A stretch of DNA of 64,000 bases from an uncultured Gemmatimonadales bacterium (GTDB taxonomy: Bacteria > Gemmatimonadota > Gemmatimonadetes > Gemmatimonadales > GWC2-71-9): contig CAVYSW010000003.1 of NCBI GenBank assembly GCA_963771275.1, forward strand, positions 1,248,001-1,312,000. Direction: 5' to 3'. This document shows, one piece after another, positions 32,085-41,806 of this stretch (position 1 is its first letter; every line of letters begins with the position of its first letter). The notes below the pieces were generated by a model. That model ran no database searches and was not told the origin of the DNA. It worked only from the letters and a program-made list of their open reading frames with translations. The translations under genes and the position numbers were made by a program.

Positions 32085-32834
32085 GTGATTCGCCTCCGCA
32101 ACGTCCACAAGCGGTTCGACGAGCTGGTCGTGCTCGACGGGGTGAACTTCGACGTCGAGAAAGGCGAGACGATCGCGCTGCTCGGGCCGTCGGGCACGGG
32201 GAAGAGCGTGCTGCTGAAGCACATCAACGGGTTGATCCATCCCGACCGGGGCGAGGTGTACGTCGACGGCCTGGCGGTGCCGCAGCTCGGGCGGAAGGAG
32301 CTGTCCAAGCTGCGCTCCCGGATCGGCTACGTGTTCCAGTTCGGGGCGCTGTTCGACAGCATGAGCGTGGCCGAGAACATCAAGCTCGGGATCACCGACG
32401 CGGCGTGCTCGGACGACGCGGCGTACTGCGAGCAGCGCGCGGTCGACTGTCTCGAGATGGTCAATCTGCCGGTGGACACGGCGCTCAAGTATCCCGCGGA
32501 TCTCTCGGGGGGGATGCGCAAGCGGGTCGGGATCGCGCGGGCGATCGCCGGGAAGCCGGAATACCTGCTGTACGACGAGCCGACCTCGGGGCTCGACCCG
32601 GTGAACGCCGACATCATCGACGAGCTGGTGGTGAAGCTGCGCGACGAGCTGGGCGTCACCAGCGTGGTGGTGACGCACGACGTGCGCGGGTCGTTCCGGG
32701 TGGCCGATCGCGTGGCGCTGCTCAAGGACGGCAAGATCCGCGCGTTCGGCACGGCGGCCGATTTCCGGGCCAGCGAGGACGAGGCGGTGCGGGAGTTCAT
32801 CGAGCGGGATTTCGGCCGGTTCCCCAGCGAGTGA
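32085..32834 (+). CDS. mlaF: MlaF-family ABC ATPase
   Basis: GPSGTGKS, FQFGALFDSM, LSGGMRKRV, YDEPTSGLDP. Confidence 0.93.
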   Translation: MIRLRNVHKRFDELVVLDGVNFDVEKGETIALLGPSGTGKSVLLKHINGLIHPDRGEVYVDGLAVPQLGRKELSKLRSRIGYVFQFGALFDSMSVAENIKLGITDAACSDDAAYCEQRAVDCLEMVNLPVDTALKYPADLSGGMRKRVGIARAIAGKPEYLLYDEPTSGLDPVNADIIDELVVKLRDELGVTSVVVTHDVRGSFRVADRVALLKDGKIRAFGTAADFRASEDEAVREFIERDFGRFPSE

Positions 32835-32852
32835 GGACGGGGGTGGGGTGAC

Positions 32853-33743
32853 ATGGATCTGCACTACAAACAGGAAGTCACGGTCGGCCTGCTGGTGGTG
32901 GCGGCGCTGGCGATCCTCGTGGGTGGGCTCACCTACCTGTCGGGGAAATCGATCCTCGGCGCGCGCACGCTCAGCGTCCCCGTGAAGATGGACAACGTCG
33001 CGGGGCTGGTCGAAGGCGATCCGGTGCACATCTCGGGCGTGCGGGTGGGGCGGGTGTCGGGCATCGACTTGAAGGGCGTCGGCAACGTGATGATCTACCT
33101 CGACATCAGCAAGACGGTGCGGCCCAGGGTGGACGCCAAGGTGTTCGTGCGCCCGCTCGACGCGTTCGGGGCGATGTTCGTGGACTACTACCCCGGGCAC
33201 AGCGACGAGCTGCTGGCCGATGGGCAGATGCTGGCCGGGACGCGCGAGCTGCCGCTCACCGAGACGGCGACGGCGGTGGCGGGGCAGGCGAGCGAGGTGA
33301 TGACCGGGGCGAGCGCGCTGTTGTCGACGCGCACGGCGGACGACGTGCACGAGACGATGCTCGCGACCCAGCGGGCGATGAACGTGGTGGCGCAGCTCGG
33401 GAGCGGGCCGCTGGTGGTTGAGGCGACCGAGGCGCTCAAGCGGCTGTCGTCCGCGGCGGGCCGGCTGGACAGCACGCTGGCGAGCCCCGATCTCAGCCGG
33501 TCGGTCGCTCAGCTCGACGAGATCACCGAGAACCTGAACGAGATGGTCGTGGGACTCGGCAGCGCCACGCAGTCGCTGGCCCAGATCATGACCAAGATCG
33601 AGAGCGACTCGGGCACGTTCGGCCGGCTGGTGAACGACACCGCGATGTACAACGAGGTCTTGCGGCTCACGACTTCGATGCGCCAGCTGCTCGACGACAT
33701 GCGCGAGCGGCCGTACCGGTATTTCAACCTCAAGGTGTTTTGA
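32853..33743 (+). CDS. mlaD: MlaD/MCE family protein
   Basis: N-terminal TM, GLVEGDPV.ISGVRVGRV, helical C-terminus with GTFGRLVND. Confidence 0.88.
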   Translation: MDLHYKQEVTVGLLVVAALAILVGGLTYLSGKSILGARTLSVPVKMDNVAGLVEGDPVHISGVRVGRVSGIDLKGVGNVMIYLDISKTVRPRVDAKVFVRPLDAFGAMFVDYYPGHSDELLADGQMLAGTRELPLTETATAVAGQASEVMTGASALLSTRTADDVHETMLATQRAMNVVAQLGSGPLVVEATEALKRLSSAAGRLDSTLASPDLSRSVAQLDEITENLNEMVVGLGSATQSLAQIMTKIESDSGTFGRLVNDTAMYNEVLRLTTSMRQLLDDMRERPYRYFNLKVF

Positions 33744-33744
33744 A

Positions 33745-33787
33745 CGTTGGCCGTTGGCCGATAGCCGATAGCCGATAGCCGATAGCA
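33745..33787. repeat. Heptamer array (GTTGGCC)2 then GATAGCC units
   Basis: Immediately after the mlaD stop. Confidence 0.88.
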
Positions 33788-33841
33788 GTGGCGCGCGCCG
33801 GGACCGGAGCGTACGATACGGATGCCGCTTCGGAGGACCGC

Positions 33842-34841
33842 ATGGCCCGCTCATCTCATCTCATCGATCGTCGCGACTTTCTCCGCGTCACCGCCGCCGG
33901 GCTCGCGTTGCTGCCCGCGGTGGGGCCCAAGGGTCTCCGGATGCCGCGGGTGGGGCGAACCAGCCGGGTGGCGCTGGTGCGCACCGCCGATCGCAAGCGC
34001 GGTGTCGCCGAGGTGCTGAAGCTGTTCAATCCACTGGGCATGGCCGGGAAGCGCGTGGTGGTGAAGCCCAACTTCAACACCGCGGACGACGCGCCGGGCT
34101 CGACGCACAGCGATACGCTGAGCCAGCTGGTCACCGAGCTGCGCGAGCGGGACGCCCGCGGCGTGACGCTGGGCGAATCGAGCGGGCCGCCGCAGACGCG
34201 GGGCGTGATGGAGCGGAAGGGCATCTTCGACCTGGCCCAGCAGCTCACGTTCGACGTGGTGAACTTCGACGAGATCCCGGAATCCGACTGGGTGCCGTTC
34301 GGCGCCGGAGGGCACGCACTGGCCGGAGGGCTTCCACCTGCCGCGGCTGGTGGTGGACGCCGAGTACCTGGTCAGCACGTGCTGTCTCAAGACGCACGGG
34401 TTCGGCGGCGTGTTCACCATGTCGCTCAAGCTCGCGGTGGGGCTCACGCCCAAGCCGATCCGCCGCACGATGCACCGCTCGCCCGACATGCGCCGCATGA
34501 TCGCCGAGCTGAACGCCCGCTACCGCCCGCGGCTGATCGTGCTGGACGGGGTCGCCGCGTTCACCGACGGCGGCCCGTCCACCGGCACGCTCAAGCAGGG
34601 GAACGTGATGATCGCCGGCGACGACCGGGTGGCGGTGGACGCCGTCGGCCTCGCGGTGCTCAAGGAGCTGGGCTCGAACGACGCCATCATGGGCCGCCGG
34701 ATCTTCGAGCAGGAGCAGATCGCCCGGGCGGTGGAGCTGGGCCTCGGCGTGAGCGGCCCCGGCGAGATCGAGCTGGTGACCGGCGACGCCGAGAGCCGCG
34801 CATACGCGGCTCGCCTCAAGGAGATTCTCGCCGAAGGCTGA
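33842..34841 (+). CDS. DUF362 domain protein with Tat signal; frameshift near 34301
   Basis: DRRDFLR, VVVKPNFN, LKTH...FTMSLK, LDG..DGGP and DRVAVD. Removing one G near 34301 restores FAPEGTHWPEGF. Confidence 0.8.
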
Positions 34842-34977
34842 CGATGGCCGATAGCCGATAACCGATTGCCGAGAGATCGGGATAAGGAGGGGGCGGTCTC
34901 GCAAGGTCGCCCCTTCCCGTATCTCGGCTCTCGGCCACCGGCCACCGGCATCGGCTATCGGCTATCGGCTATCGGCC
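34842..34977. repeat. Nested hairpin element: GATAGCC arm, inner GC stem, inverted ATCGGCT arm
   Basis: Outer heptamer arms are complementary; inner GGGGCGGTCT-cgca-AGGTCGCCCC stem. Confidence 0.8.
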
Positions 34978-34996
34978 GCCCTCCTATATTCCCGCC

Positions 34997-35950
34997 ATGC
35001 TGAGTCTCACCTTCCTCGGCACGTCGGCGGCGCGGCCCACGGTCGAGCGGTCGGTCTCGGCCATCGCGCTCGAGCGCGAGGGGGAGATGCTGCTGTTCGA
35101 CTGCGGCGAGGGGACGCAGCGGCAGATGATGAAGTACGGCGTGGGGTTCTCGCTCGCTGAGATCTTCTTCACGCACTTCCACAGCGACCACTTCCTCGGC
35201 GTGATCGGGCTGGTGCGCACCTTGGGGCTCCAGGGGCGGACCGAGCCGCTGACGCTGTACGGGCCGGTGGGGGCGAAGCGGGTGCTCACGGCGGCGATCG
35301 AGCTGGGCGTGGAGCGGGCGCCGTTTCCGGTGAAGATCGTGGAGCTCTCGCCGGGCGGGCGGCTGGCGCGGAAGGGCTACGACCTCGAGGTGTTCGGGGT
35401 GGATCACGGCGGGAACGCGGTGGGCTACGCGCTGCGGGAGCACCGGCGGCTCGGCCGGTTCGATCCGGACAAGGCGCGCGCGCTCGAGATTCCCGAGGGC
35501 CCGCTGTGGGGCCGGCTGCACAAGGGCGAGACCGTGGAGTGGGACGAGTCGCGCAGCGACGGCCCGCCGCTCCGCCGCTCGGCCGGTCCGGCGGAGCTGG
35601 TGGGCGCGCCGCGGCCGGGCCGGCTGGTGGTGATCTCGGGCGACACGCGGCCGAGCGCCACGCTGGTGGAGGTGGCGACGGGGGCGGATCTGCTGGTGCA
35701 CGAGGCCACGTTCACGGTGGAGGAGAAGGAGCGGGCGCTCGAGACCCGGCATTCCACGGCGCTCGAGGCGGCGCAGGTGGCGTTGGCCGCCCGGGTGAAG
35801 CGGCTGGTGCTGACCCATCTCTCGGCCCGGTTCTCGATGGCGTGGAATGAGCTGCTGGATGAGGCGACGCAGGTGTTTCCGGAGACGGTGGTGGCGCGGG
35901 ATGGGATGGTGGTGGAGGTGGGATTCGCCGATGAGGTCGCGGAGCGGTAG
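34997..35950 (+). CDS. rnz: Ribonuclease Z
   Basis: FLGTSAARPT, FDCGEGTQRQ, THFHSDH, GP-rich exosite, SGDTRP, HEATF, HST, THLSAR. Confidence 0.95.
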   Translation: MLSLTFLGTSAARPTVERSVSAIALEREGEMLLFDCGEGTQRQMMKYGVGFSLAEIFFTHFHSDHFLGVIGLVRTLGLQGRTEPLTLYGPVGAKRVLTAAIELGVERAPFPVKIVELSPGGRLARKGYDLEVFGVDHGGNAVGYALREHRRLGRFDPDKARALEIPEGPLWGRLHKGETVEWDESRSDGPPLRRSAGPAELVGAPRPGRLVVISGDTRPSATLVEVATGADLLVHEATFTVEEKERALETRHSTALEAAQVALAARVKRLVLTHLSARFSMAWNELLDEATQVFPETVVARDGMVVEVGFADEVAER

Positions 35951-35971
35951 GGCGGCAGAGGGGAAGGCGGG

Positions 35972-36027
35972 TTGACCGGGGTTGGGGCGTGCGTCTAGGT
36001 TTAGCGGCTCGCCGCCCGTGCTATCTT
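35972..36027 (+). promoter_or_regulatory. Putative sigma70 promoter(s) of the tRNA operon
   Basis: TTGACC-18-TAGGTT, plus an extended -10 TGcTATCTT at 36019-36027. Confidence 0.5.
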
Positions 36028-36051
36028 GAGGGCGGGTTTGTGTTTGCGCGC

Positions 36052-36124
36052 GGGGCTGTAGCTCAGCTGGGAGAGCGCCTGGATCGCACCCAGGAGGTCA
36101 GGGGTTCGAGCCCCCTCAGCTCCA
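36052..36124 (+). tRNA. tRNA-Ala (CGC), CCA not encoded
   Basis: Cloverleaf; G3:U70 in GGGGCTG/CAGCTCC; anticodon stem CCTGG-atCGCac-CCAGG; GGTTCGA. Confidence 0.96.
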
Positions 36125-36144
36125 CTGTACAATTGAAGGTGCAC

Positions 36145-36217
36145 TGCCCCTTGGTGTAACTGGCAACACGCCTGACTCTGGATCAGGAGAGTCCTGGTTC
36201 GAGCCCAGGAGGGGCAA
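36145..36217 (+). tRNA. tRNA-Gln (CTG), CCA not encoded
   Basis: TGCCCCT/AGGGGCA acceptor (U1-A72); CCTGA-ctCTGga-TCAGG; GGTTCGA. Confidence 0.96.
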
Positions 36218-36264
36218 TGAAGACGAGGCCGACGGGCGAACAGCCCGCCGGCCTTCGTCTTCAT
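36217..36264 (+). terminator. Hairpin after tRNA-Gln
   Basis: ATGAAGACGAGGCCG...CGGCCTTCGTCTTCAT imperfect inverted repeat. Confidence 0.7.
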
Positions 36265-36280
36265 GGGGAGGTGGTGGCTC

Positions 36281-36322
36281 ACCTCACCCCCGGGCCCCCT
36301 CTCCGCTTCCGCGGAGAGGGGG
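36281..36322. repeat. REP-like palindrome
   Basis: CCTCACCCC head plus perfect 12-bp stem CCCCCTCTCCGC-ttcc-GCGGAGAGGGGG overlapping the DUF559 3' end. Confidence 0.7.
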
Positions 36323-36664
36323 GACGAAGGGGATGATCGCCGCGCGCAGGGTGGCTTCGCTTACCTGGGAGTTCCGTATCCGCACCAGCTGGATCCCGTG
36401 GGTCTCGAGGATCGCTGAGCGCTCGGCGTCGTAGGCACGCTGGGCGGGGGTGTCGTGGTAGGGGCCGTCCAGCTCAATGGCCAGGTTGAGCTCCGCGCAG
36501 TAGAAGTCCAGGACGAAGCCGGCGAAGGCGTGCTGGCGACGGAACTTGAGGCCGAGCATGCGGCGGTCCCGGAGCAGGCGCCACGCATAGCGCTCAGCGG
36601 GGGTGGAGCACTGGCGGAGCTGGCGCGCGAGGGCGCCGCGCGGGAGCCAGGGGAAGAGCGGCAC
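36284..36664 (-). CDS. DUF559 (Vsr-like PD-(D/E)xK) endonuclease domain protein
   Basis: ARQLR...TPAE..W..LR.R...LKFRRQH..FVLDFYC....IELDG..H..YD.ER signature; start uncertain. Confidence 0.85.
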   Translation of the reverse strand: MPLFPWLPRGALARQLRQCSTPAERYAWRLLRDRRMLGLKFRRQHAFAGFVLDFYCAELNLAIELDGPYHDTPAQRAYDAERSAILETHGIQLVRIRNSQVSEATLRAAIIPFVPPLRGSGEGARG

Positions 36665-36845
36665 GTACGAGGATGGTCTGGTGCCGCGAGCCGACGGTAA
36701 TCGAAACGACGCGAGGGGGGAGCGGAACGGGCCGGGTGCTGGGCACCGATCTGGCCCGGAACGTGACCAAAGCGGATATTCTGGTAGCGACGCGCGCCGC
36801 CATCGGGCCAGCCCTGGTCGGATGGTGCAGCCGGAGGAGCAAGAG

Positions 36846-37460
36846 ATGCATCTCCTCGGTGAACGGACACTCGGCATTGCCATCCTGTTCCTGCTGGGCG
36901 CGTTGGTTGCCGTCAAGCGAGTCGCCACGGGCTCCGTTCTGGACAAGCCACGTGGCGGCCTGATGGTCCAGAGCGTCAATATCCTCAACCTCGTCTTCCT
37001 CCTGATCGTGAACCCCTCGGCCGCGGTGCTCCTCATCACTTCCCGTCTCGCAACGGTCGATCCCACCATCCTCACGATCGATCAGCCCGCAATTGTGAGT
37101 AGTCTGGAGATCGCAGGGTTGGCGATGTATGTGACGGGGTACGCCGTCATGGTGGGCGCGCTGATCGTGCTGGGGCGCAACTACCAACTGGGCGGATGCG
37201 CGCCTCGACCTGAAGACCGGATGGTCCTGAGGGGACCCTACCGGCTGATCCGTCATCCCATGTACGCGGCGGCGTTGAGCATCGCTCTCGGGTTGGCGTG
37301 CCTGATTCAGTCTGGCGCGGCCCTTTCCGTGTTCTGTATCTATCTCGTCTTGATCGGTCTGCTGATTCCGGTAGAGGAGGCCGGACTGCGGCGAGCGTAC
37401 GGCGACGCGTACGTCGCGTATCGGCGGAAGTCCAGCAAGTTGATCCCGTTCGTCTACTGA
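36846..37460 (+). CDS. Isoprenylcysteine carboxyl methyltransferase/PEMT family membrane protein
   Basis: GPYRLIRHPMY, EEAGLRRAYGDAY..Y, LIPFVY; GGAGGAG SD. Confidence 0.88.
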   Translation: MHLLGERTLGIAILFLLGALVAVKRVATGSVLDKPRGGLMVQSVNILNLVFLLIVNPSAAVLLITSRLATVDPTILTIDQPAIVSSLEIAGLAMYVTGYAVMVGALIVLGRNYQLGGCAPRPEDRMVLRGPYRLIRHPMYAAALSIALGLACLIQSGAALSVFCIYLVLIGLLIPVEEAGLRRAYGDAYVAYRRKSSKLIPFVY

Positions 37461-37497
37461 GGCTCCCGGACCACGCGCACAAGTACGAGGCCACCCA

Positions 37498-38241
37498 ATG
37501 AAGGTCTTGACAGTGTACGCCCATCCGAATCCCAAGTCGTTCTGCCACGCTGTCCTCGAGCAGTTCACCAAGGGATTGGAGGACGCGGGCCACGCGAGTG
37601 AGGTGGTGGACCTCTATGCCATTCGCTTCGATCCGGTGTTTCGCATGCAGGATTTCGGCAGTTACGTGCACGACAGCATGCCGCCGGACATACTCGAGAG
37701 TATGAACTTGAGGCAGCGTGTGCTGGACTCCGCGGGCGGTCCCATCCGGAGGTTCATCGCTTCACGCTTGGTCCGGGGGAAGGATCCTCGCGGCCTGGCG
37801 CGATTCATCCACGACCATCGCCCCAAGGACGTCATCGCGCAGTGGGAGAAAGTGAAGAGCGCGCAGGGTCTGGCCTTCGTCGCCCCGGTCTTCTGGCTGC
37901 ACTTCCCCGCGATCCTGAAAGGGTGGTTCGAGCGGGTCTTCTCTTATGGCGACGCCTATGCCCTGACCACGGAGGGTTGGCGTGGCGAAGTGGCGGGCCG
38001 AGTGCCGCTGCTGAAGCATGAAAAGGCCCTGATCATCAGCACGACGCTCTTCCGGGAAGAGGACTACAAGGCTGGTCTTGAGGCCCCGATGACACGCATG
38101 ATCGATGACTGGGGACTGCGGTACCCGGGGATCAAGAACGTCCAGCACGTCTTCTTCTATCGCGTGGCGGTGGCGGACGAAACCACCCTGCGGGCTTACC
38201 TAGAGCGAGCCTACAAGTTGGGCAGACAGTTCGCCGCATGA
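37498..38241 (+). CDS. NAD(P)H-dependent oxidoreductase (Flavodoxin_2, quinone reductase-like)
   Basis: YAHPNPKSFCHA, DLYA..FDP and PVFWLHFPAILKGWFERVF motifs. Confidence 0.88.
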   Translation: MKVLTVYAHPNPKSFCHAVLEQFTKGLEDAGHASEVVDLYAIRFDPVFRMQDFGSYVHDSMPPDILESMNLRQRVLDSAGGPIRRFIASRLVRGKDPRGLARFIHDHRPKDVIAQWEKVKSAQGLAFVAPVFWLHFPAILKGWFERVFSYGDAYALTTEGWRGEVAGRVPLLKHEKALIISTTLFREEDYKAGLEAPMTRMIDDWGLRYPGIKNVQHVFFYRVAVADETTLRAYLERAYKLGRQFAA

Positions 38242-38324
38242 CGGGAGGCGTGCGCTGCGCCGCGAACTCGCGTTCAAGTTGACATTCTGCCGGGCCTAAA
38301 GCCGTCGTGAGTCGTTGTCCTGCA

Positions 38325-38356
38325 GACTCTGGATCAGGAGAGTCCTGGTTTGAACC
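38325..38356 (+). mobile_element. att-like partial copy of tRNA-Gln
   Basis: GACTCTGGATCAGGAGAGTCCTGGTT (38325-38350) is identical to 36174-36199, then tGAaCC versus cGAgCC. Confidence 0.8.
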
Positions 38357-38367
38357 GCAACGGGCTC

Positions 38368-38600
38368 GCCCAGCAACGGCCGAATGTGGGCCAACAACCG
38401 TCGTTTGTCGGACTGCAATCGCCGTTTGCACGCTTACAGAAGCTCCTTGCAGGCCAGCACCGGAGCTTTGAGGACCCTCACCGACCGTTTGCAGGCCCGC
38501 AACGGGCTTTCGCACGTCCTCAGACAGCCTCGGCAACTCCTGCAACGGCCCGTTTTCAGGTCCACAGAAGGCCGTTGCTGGCCAGCAAAGACCGCCCGGT
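38368..38600. repeat. Degenerate 21-nt tandem array, ~11 units, consensus approx. GGCCMGCAACGGCCGTTTGCA
   Basis: Hand alignment, e.g. GGACTGCAATCGCCGTTTGCA / GACCCTCACCGACCGTTTGCA / GGCCCGCAACGGGCTTTCGCA. Confidence 0.75.
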
Positions 38601-39010
38601 AGTGAGCAACGCCGCCGACAACACATCGTCTTGACATGGCGCGCTCATTCATGCCGGTTAGGCTGCGAGCAGGATGGCCGCGCGCAGGTCCAATGCAGTT
38701 GGACCGCAACAGCGGAGGTGTCGGGTGTACGAGGAGGGAGAACCCGAGATCCAGCGAATCCTCGTGAGATCGACGGTCGCGGCGTTCACGGTCATCTGGA
38801 TGGCAAGCTCGTCGCTTGCCGCCCAGCGAGCGTATGTCCCGCAACCACTCCACGTGGAATCCTGTCCGGCGGCGGACACTGCGCTCGGGCCGTTGGGTAG
38901 GGATCGGAGTGCCAACGTGCGGGGCTACTACTCCGCCGAGCGTGACGCCAACTGCCGTTGACACTTGCGGGCCGACGGGCAGTGATTGCATCGGGGTTCG
39001 TTCTGCACGC

Positions 39011-40171
<1,161 letters not shown>

Positions 40172-40298
40172 TCAGGCCGGCCCGTCGCATCAGACCATTC
40201 CTTGTCCCTGCATGCGGACAGACGACACTCAGCCGAAGTCCACGACGACGGGATTCGTGAGGTCGCCCAGCCCCGCATTGAGCGCGGTGGGTCGGGTG

Positions 40299-41705
40299 TC
40301 AGGGCCGTGCGTTGAACAAGATCGGCTGACGTACGAGAACGCGAATCGGTTTCCCTCGGAACTTCCCCGGATGGTAGCTACACCCCGACAGTAGCTGGAC
40401 GGCGCCGGCGTCGTCCACCAGGCCGCTACCTTCCAGCACTCGCAGCGTCCGCGGCTCCGGCTTGCCGTCCAACCCCACCACGAACTCGAGCGTCACCTGC
40501 ACGCGGCGCGAGGGATCGTCACGGAATTGAAGGCGGGTGTTGCAGTGCTTCACCCGAGGTGGGTCCACCGCCTGGGGTCGGTCTCCGTTTGACAGCGGCA
40601 GCGAGTCCGGGAAGTAGTCTCCCTGCGGCCCGCTGCACCGCGGCTCGCCCCCCCGCGCGGGAAGCGCGGGCACCGGAATGCTGTCGCCGACGGCGACCAC
40701 GCAGCGCACCCCCGTGCTGTCACGCAAGGCAACGGCCGACCACCCGGCCGCGCCCCACGACAGCATCACGACACGGATGGTCGGATCCCAGCCGCCCCCG
40801 GCATGGAGATCCGCCACGTCGGAGGCGTACGCGTCGCCGGCCGCGTGACGGCGTTCCTGCGCGGCCACCACGTCGCGGAGCGCGGCCCGCATGGCCTCCA
40901 CCGCCGGCGTTCCAGGGCCGGGATCGGTCGGCGAGCTGTCGGGCGGTGGCGGTACGCCCGGCTGGCTCGGCGCCAGGCCGACCCGCTGGCGCATGATCGC
41001 GCGCACCGGCGCGCCACGCAGCACGGCGGGCCGAAAGACGCAGCCGCTGAGCCGCATCAGCATGGCCACGCTCGCATCCAGGCCGCCCGTGCTCTCGACC
41101 ACGATCCTGCCCGGCTCGACCCGTCCATCGACTCCCACGATGAAGGCGACGTAGACCGAGTCGTTGCGCTCCGGCAGCTTCGGGATCTTGAGCGACGGGC
41201 AGTCGAGCTGCTCGGGAGCCGCCTCGAGCGCCGGGTCCTGCCACCAGAACAGCCAGGTCGGGTCCGGGACCGCGCCCCGCGCCTCGACGTAGCTGCCGTC
41301 CGCGGCGACGCAATACGGGCGATCGTCAGTGCGGGGGGCGTTGAGCAGCGGCGCGGCCGAGCCGATGACGACGGCGCACCGCAGGCCGGGATCGGCCCGG
41401 TGCAGGGCGATGGCGCTCCACCCCGAGCGGCTGGCTTCGAGTATCTCGAGCGTCACCAGCGAGTCGATTGGAGCCTGCCAGACGTCCCACGGGAACGCGC
41501 CGGTTCGCGCGAACGCGGACGACTGCGCCGCGATCAGGTTCGACAGCTCGCGGGACATGGCGGTCGCGGCTGCTTCGTGCCGCTCGGAGAGTGGCGGCGG
41601 CGTGACCTGGGCGCAGAGCGGCGGGCACGCCCAGCTCAGGGCGAGAGCCGCCGCGACTGAGAAGAACCGCGCCGTGAGGCTCAATTCTGGTGCGCCGGGT
41701 TCCAA
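40299..41705 (-). CDS. Secreted protein with two [pilin-like + TonB C-terminal] modules
   Basis: Signal-like segment; two GWSA.A.....RC.V..G blocks and two F(I/V)VG.DG..EP...C...P....G.P.R....Q blocks; start uncertain. Confidence 0.65.
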   Translation of the reverse strand: MEPGAPELSLTARFFSVAAALALSWACPPLCAQVTPPPLSERHEAAATAMSRELSNLIAAQSSAFARTGAFPWDVWQAPIDSLVTLEILEASRSGWSAIALHRADPGLRCAVVIGSAAPLLNAPRTDDRPYCVAADGSYVEARGAVPDPTWLFWWQDPALEAAPEQLDCPSLKIPKLPERNDSVYVAFIVGVDGRVEPGRIVVESTGGLDASVAMLMRLSGCVFRPAVLRGAPVRAIMRQRVGLAPSQPGVPPPPDSSPTDPGPGTPAVEAMRAALRDVVAAQERRHAAGDAYASDVADLHAGGGWDPTIRVVMLSWGAAGWSAVALRDSTGVRCVVAVGDSIPVPALPARGGEPRCSGPQGDYFPDSLPLSNGDRPQAVDPPRVKHCNTRLQFRDDPSRRVQVTLEFVVGLDGKPEPRTLRVLEGSGLVDDAGAVQLLSGCSYHPGKFRGKPIRVLVRQPILFNARP

Positions 41706-41806
41706 GGCCTTCCTCCCGCGGCGACGATCCCCACGATGACACGACGTACCTTGAGCGTCAACCTGCTACTGGTAGCAGTCACCCCAGCAGCGGCAAAACC
41801 GCGGCC

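Noticed and set aside
38325..38356. Third tRNA gene
   Set aside because: Only part of the anticodon arm and T-arm is present; there is no acceptor stem or D-arm.
38674..38961. Short secreted-protein-like ORF
   Set aside because: A signal-like stretch is present but there is no clear start or recognisable domain; possibly a remnant.
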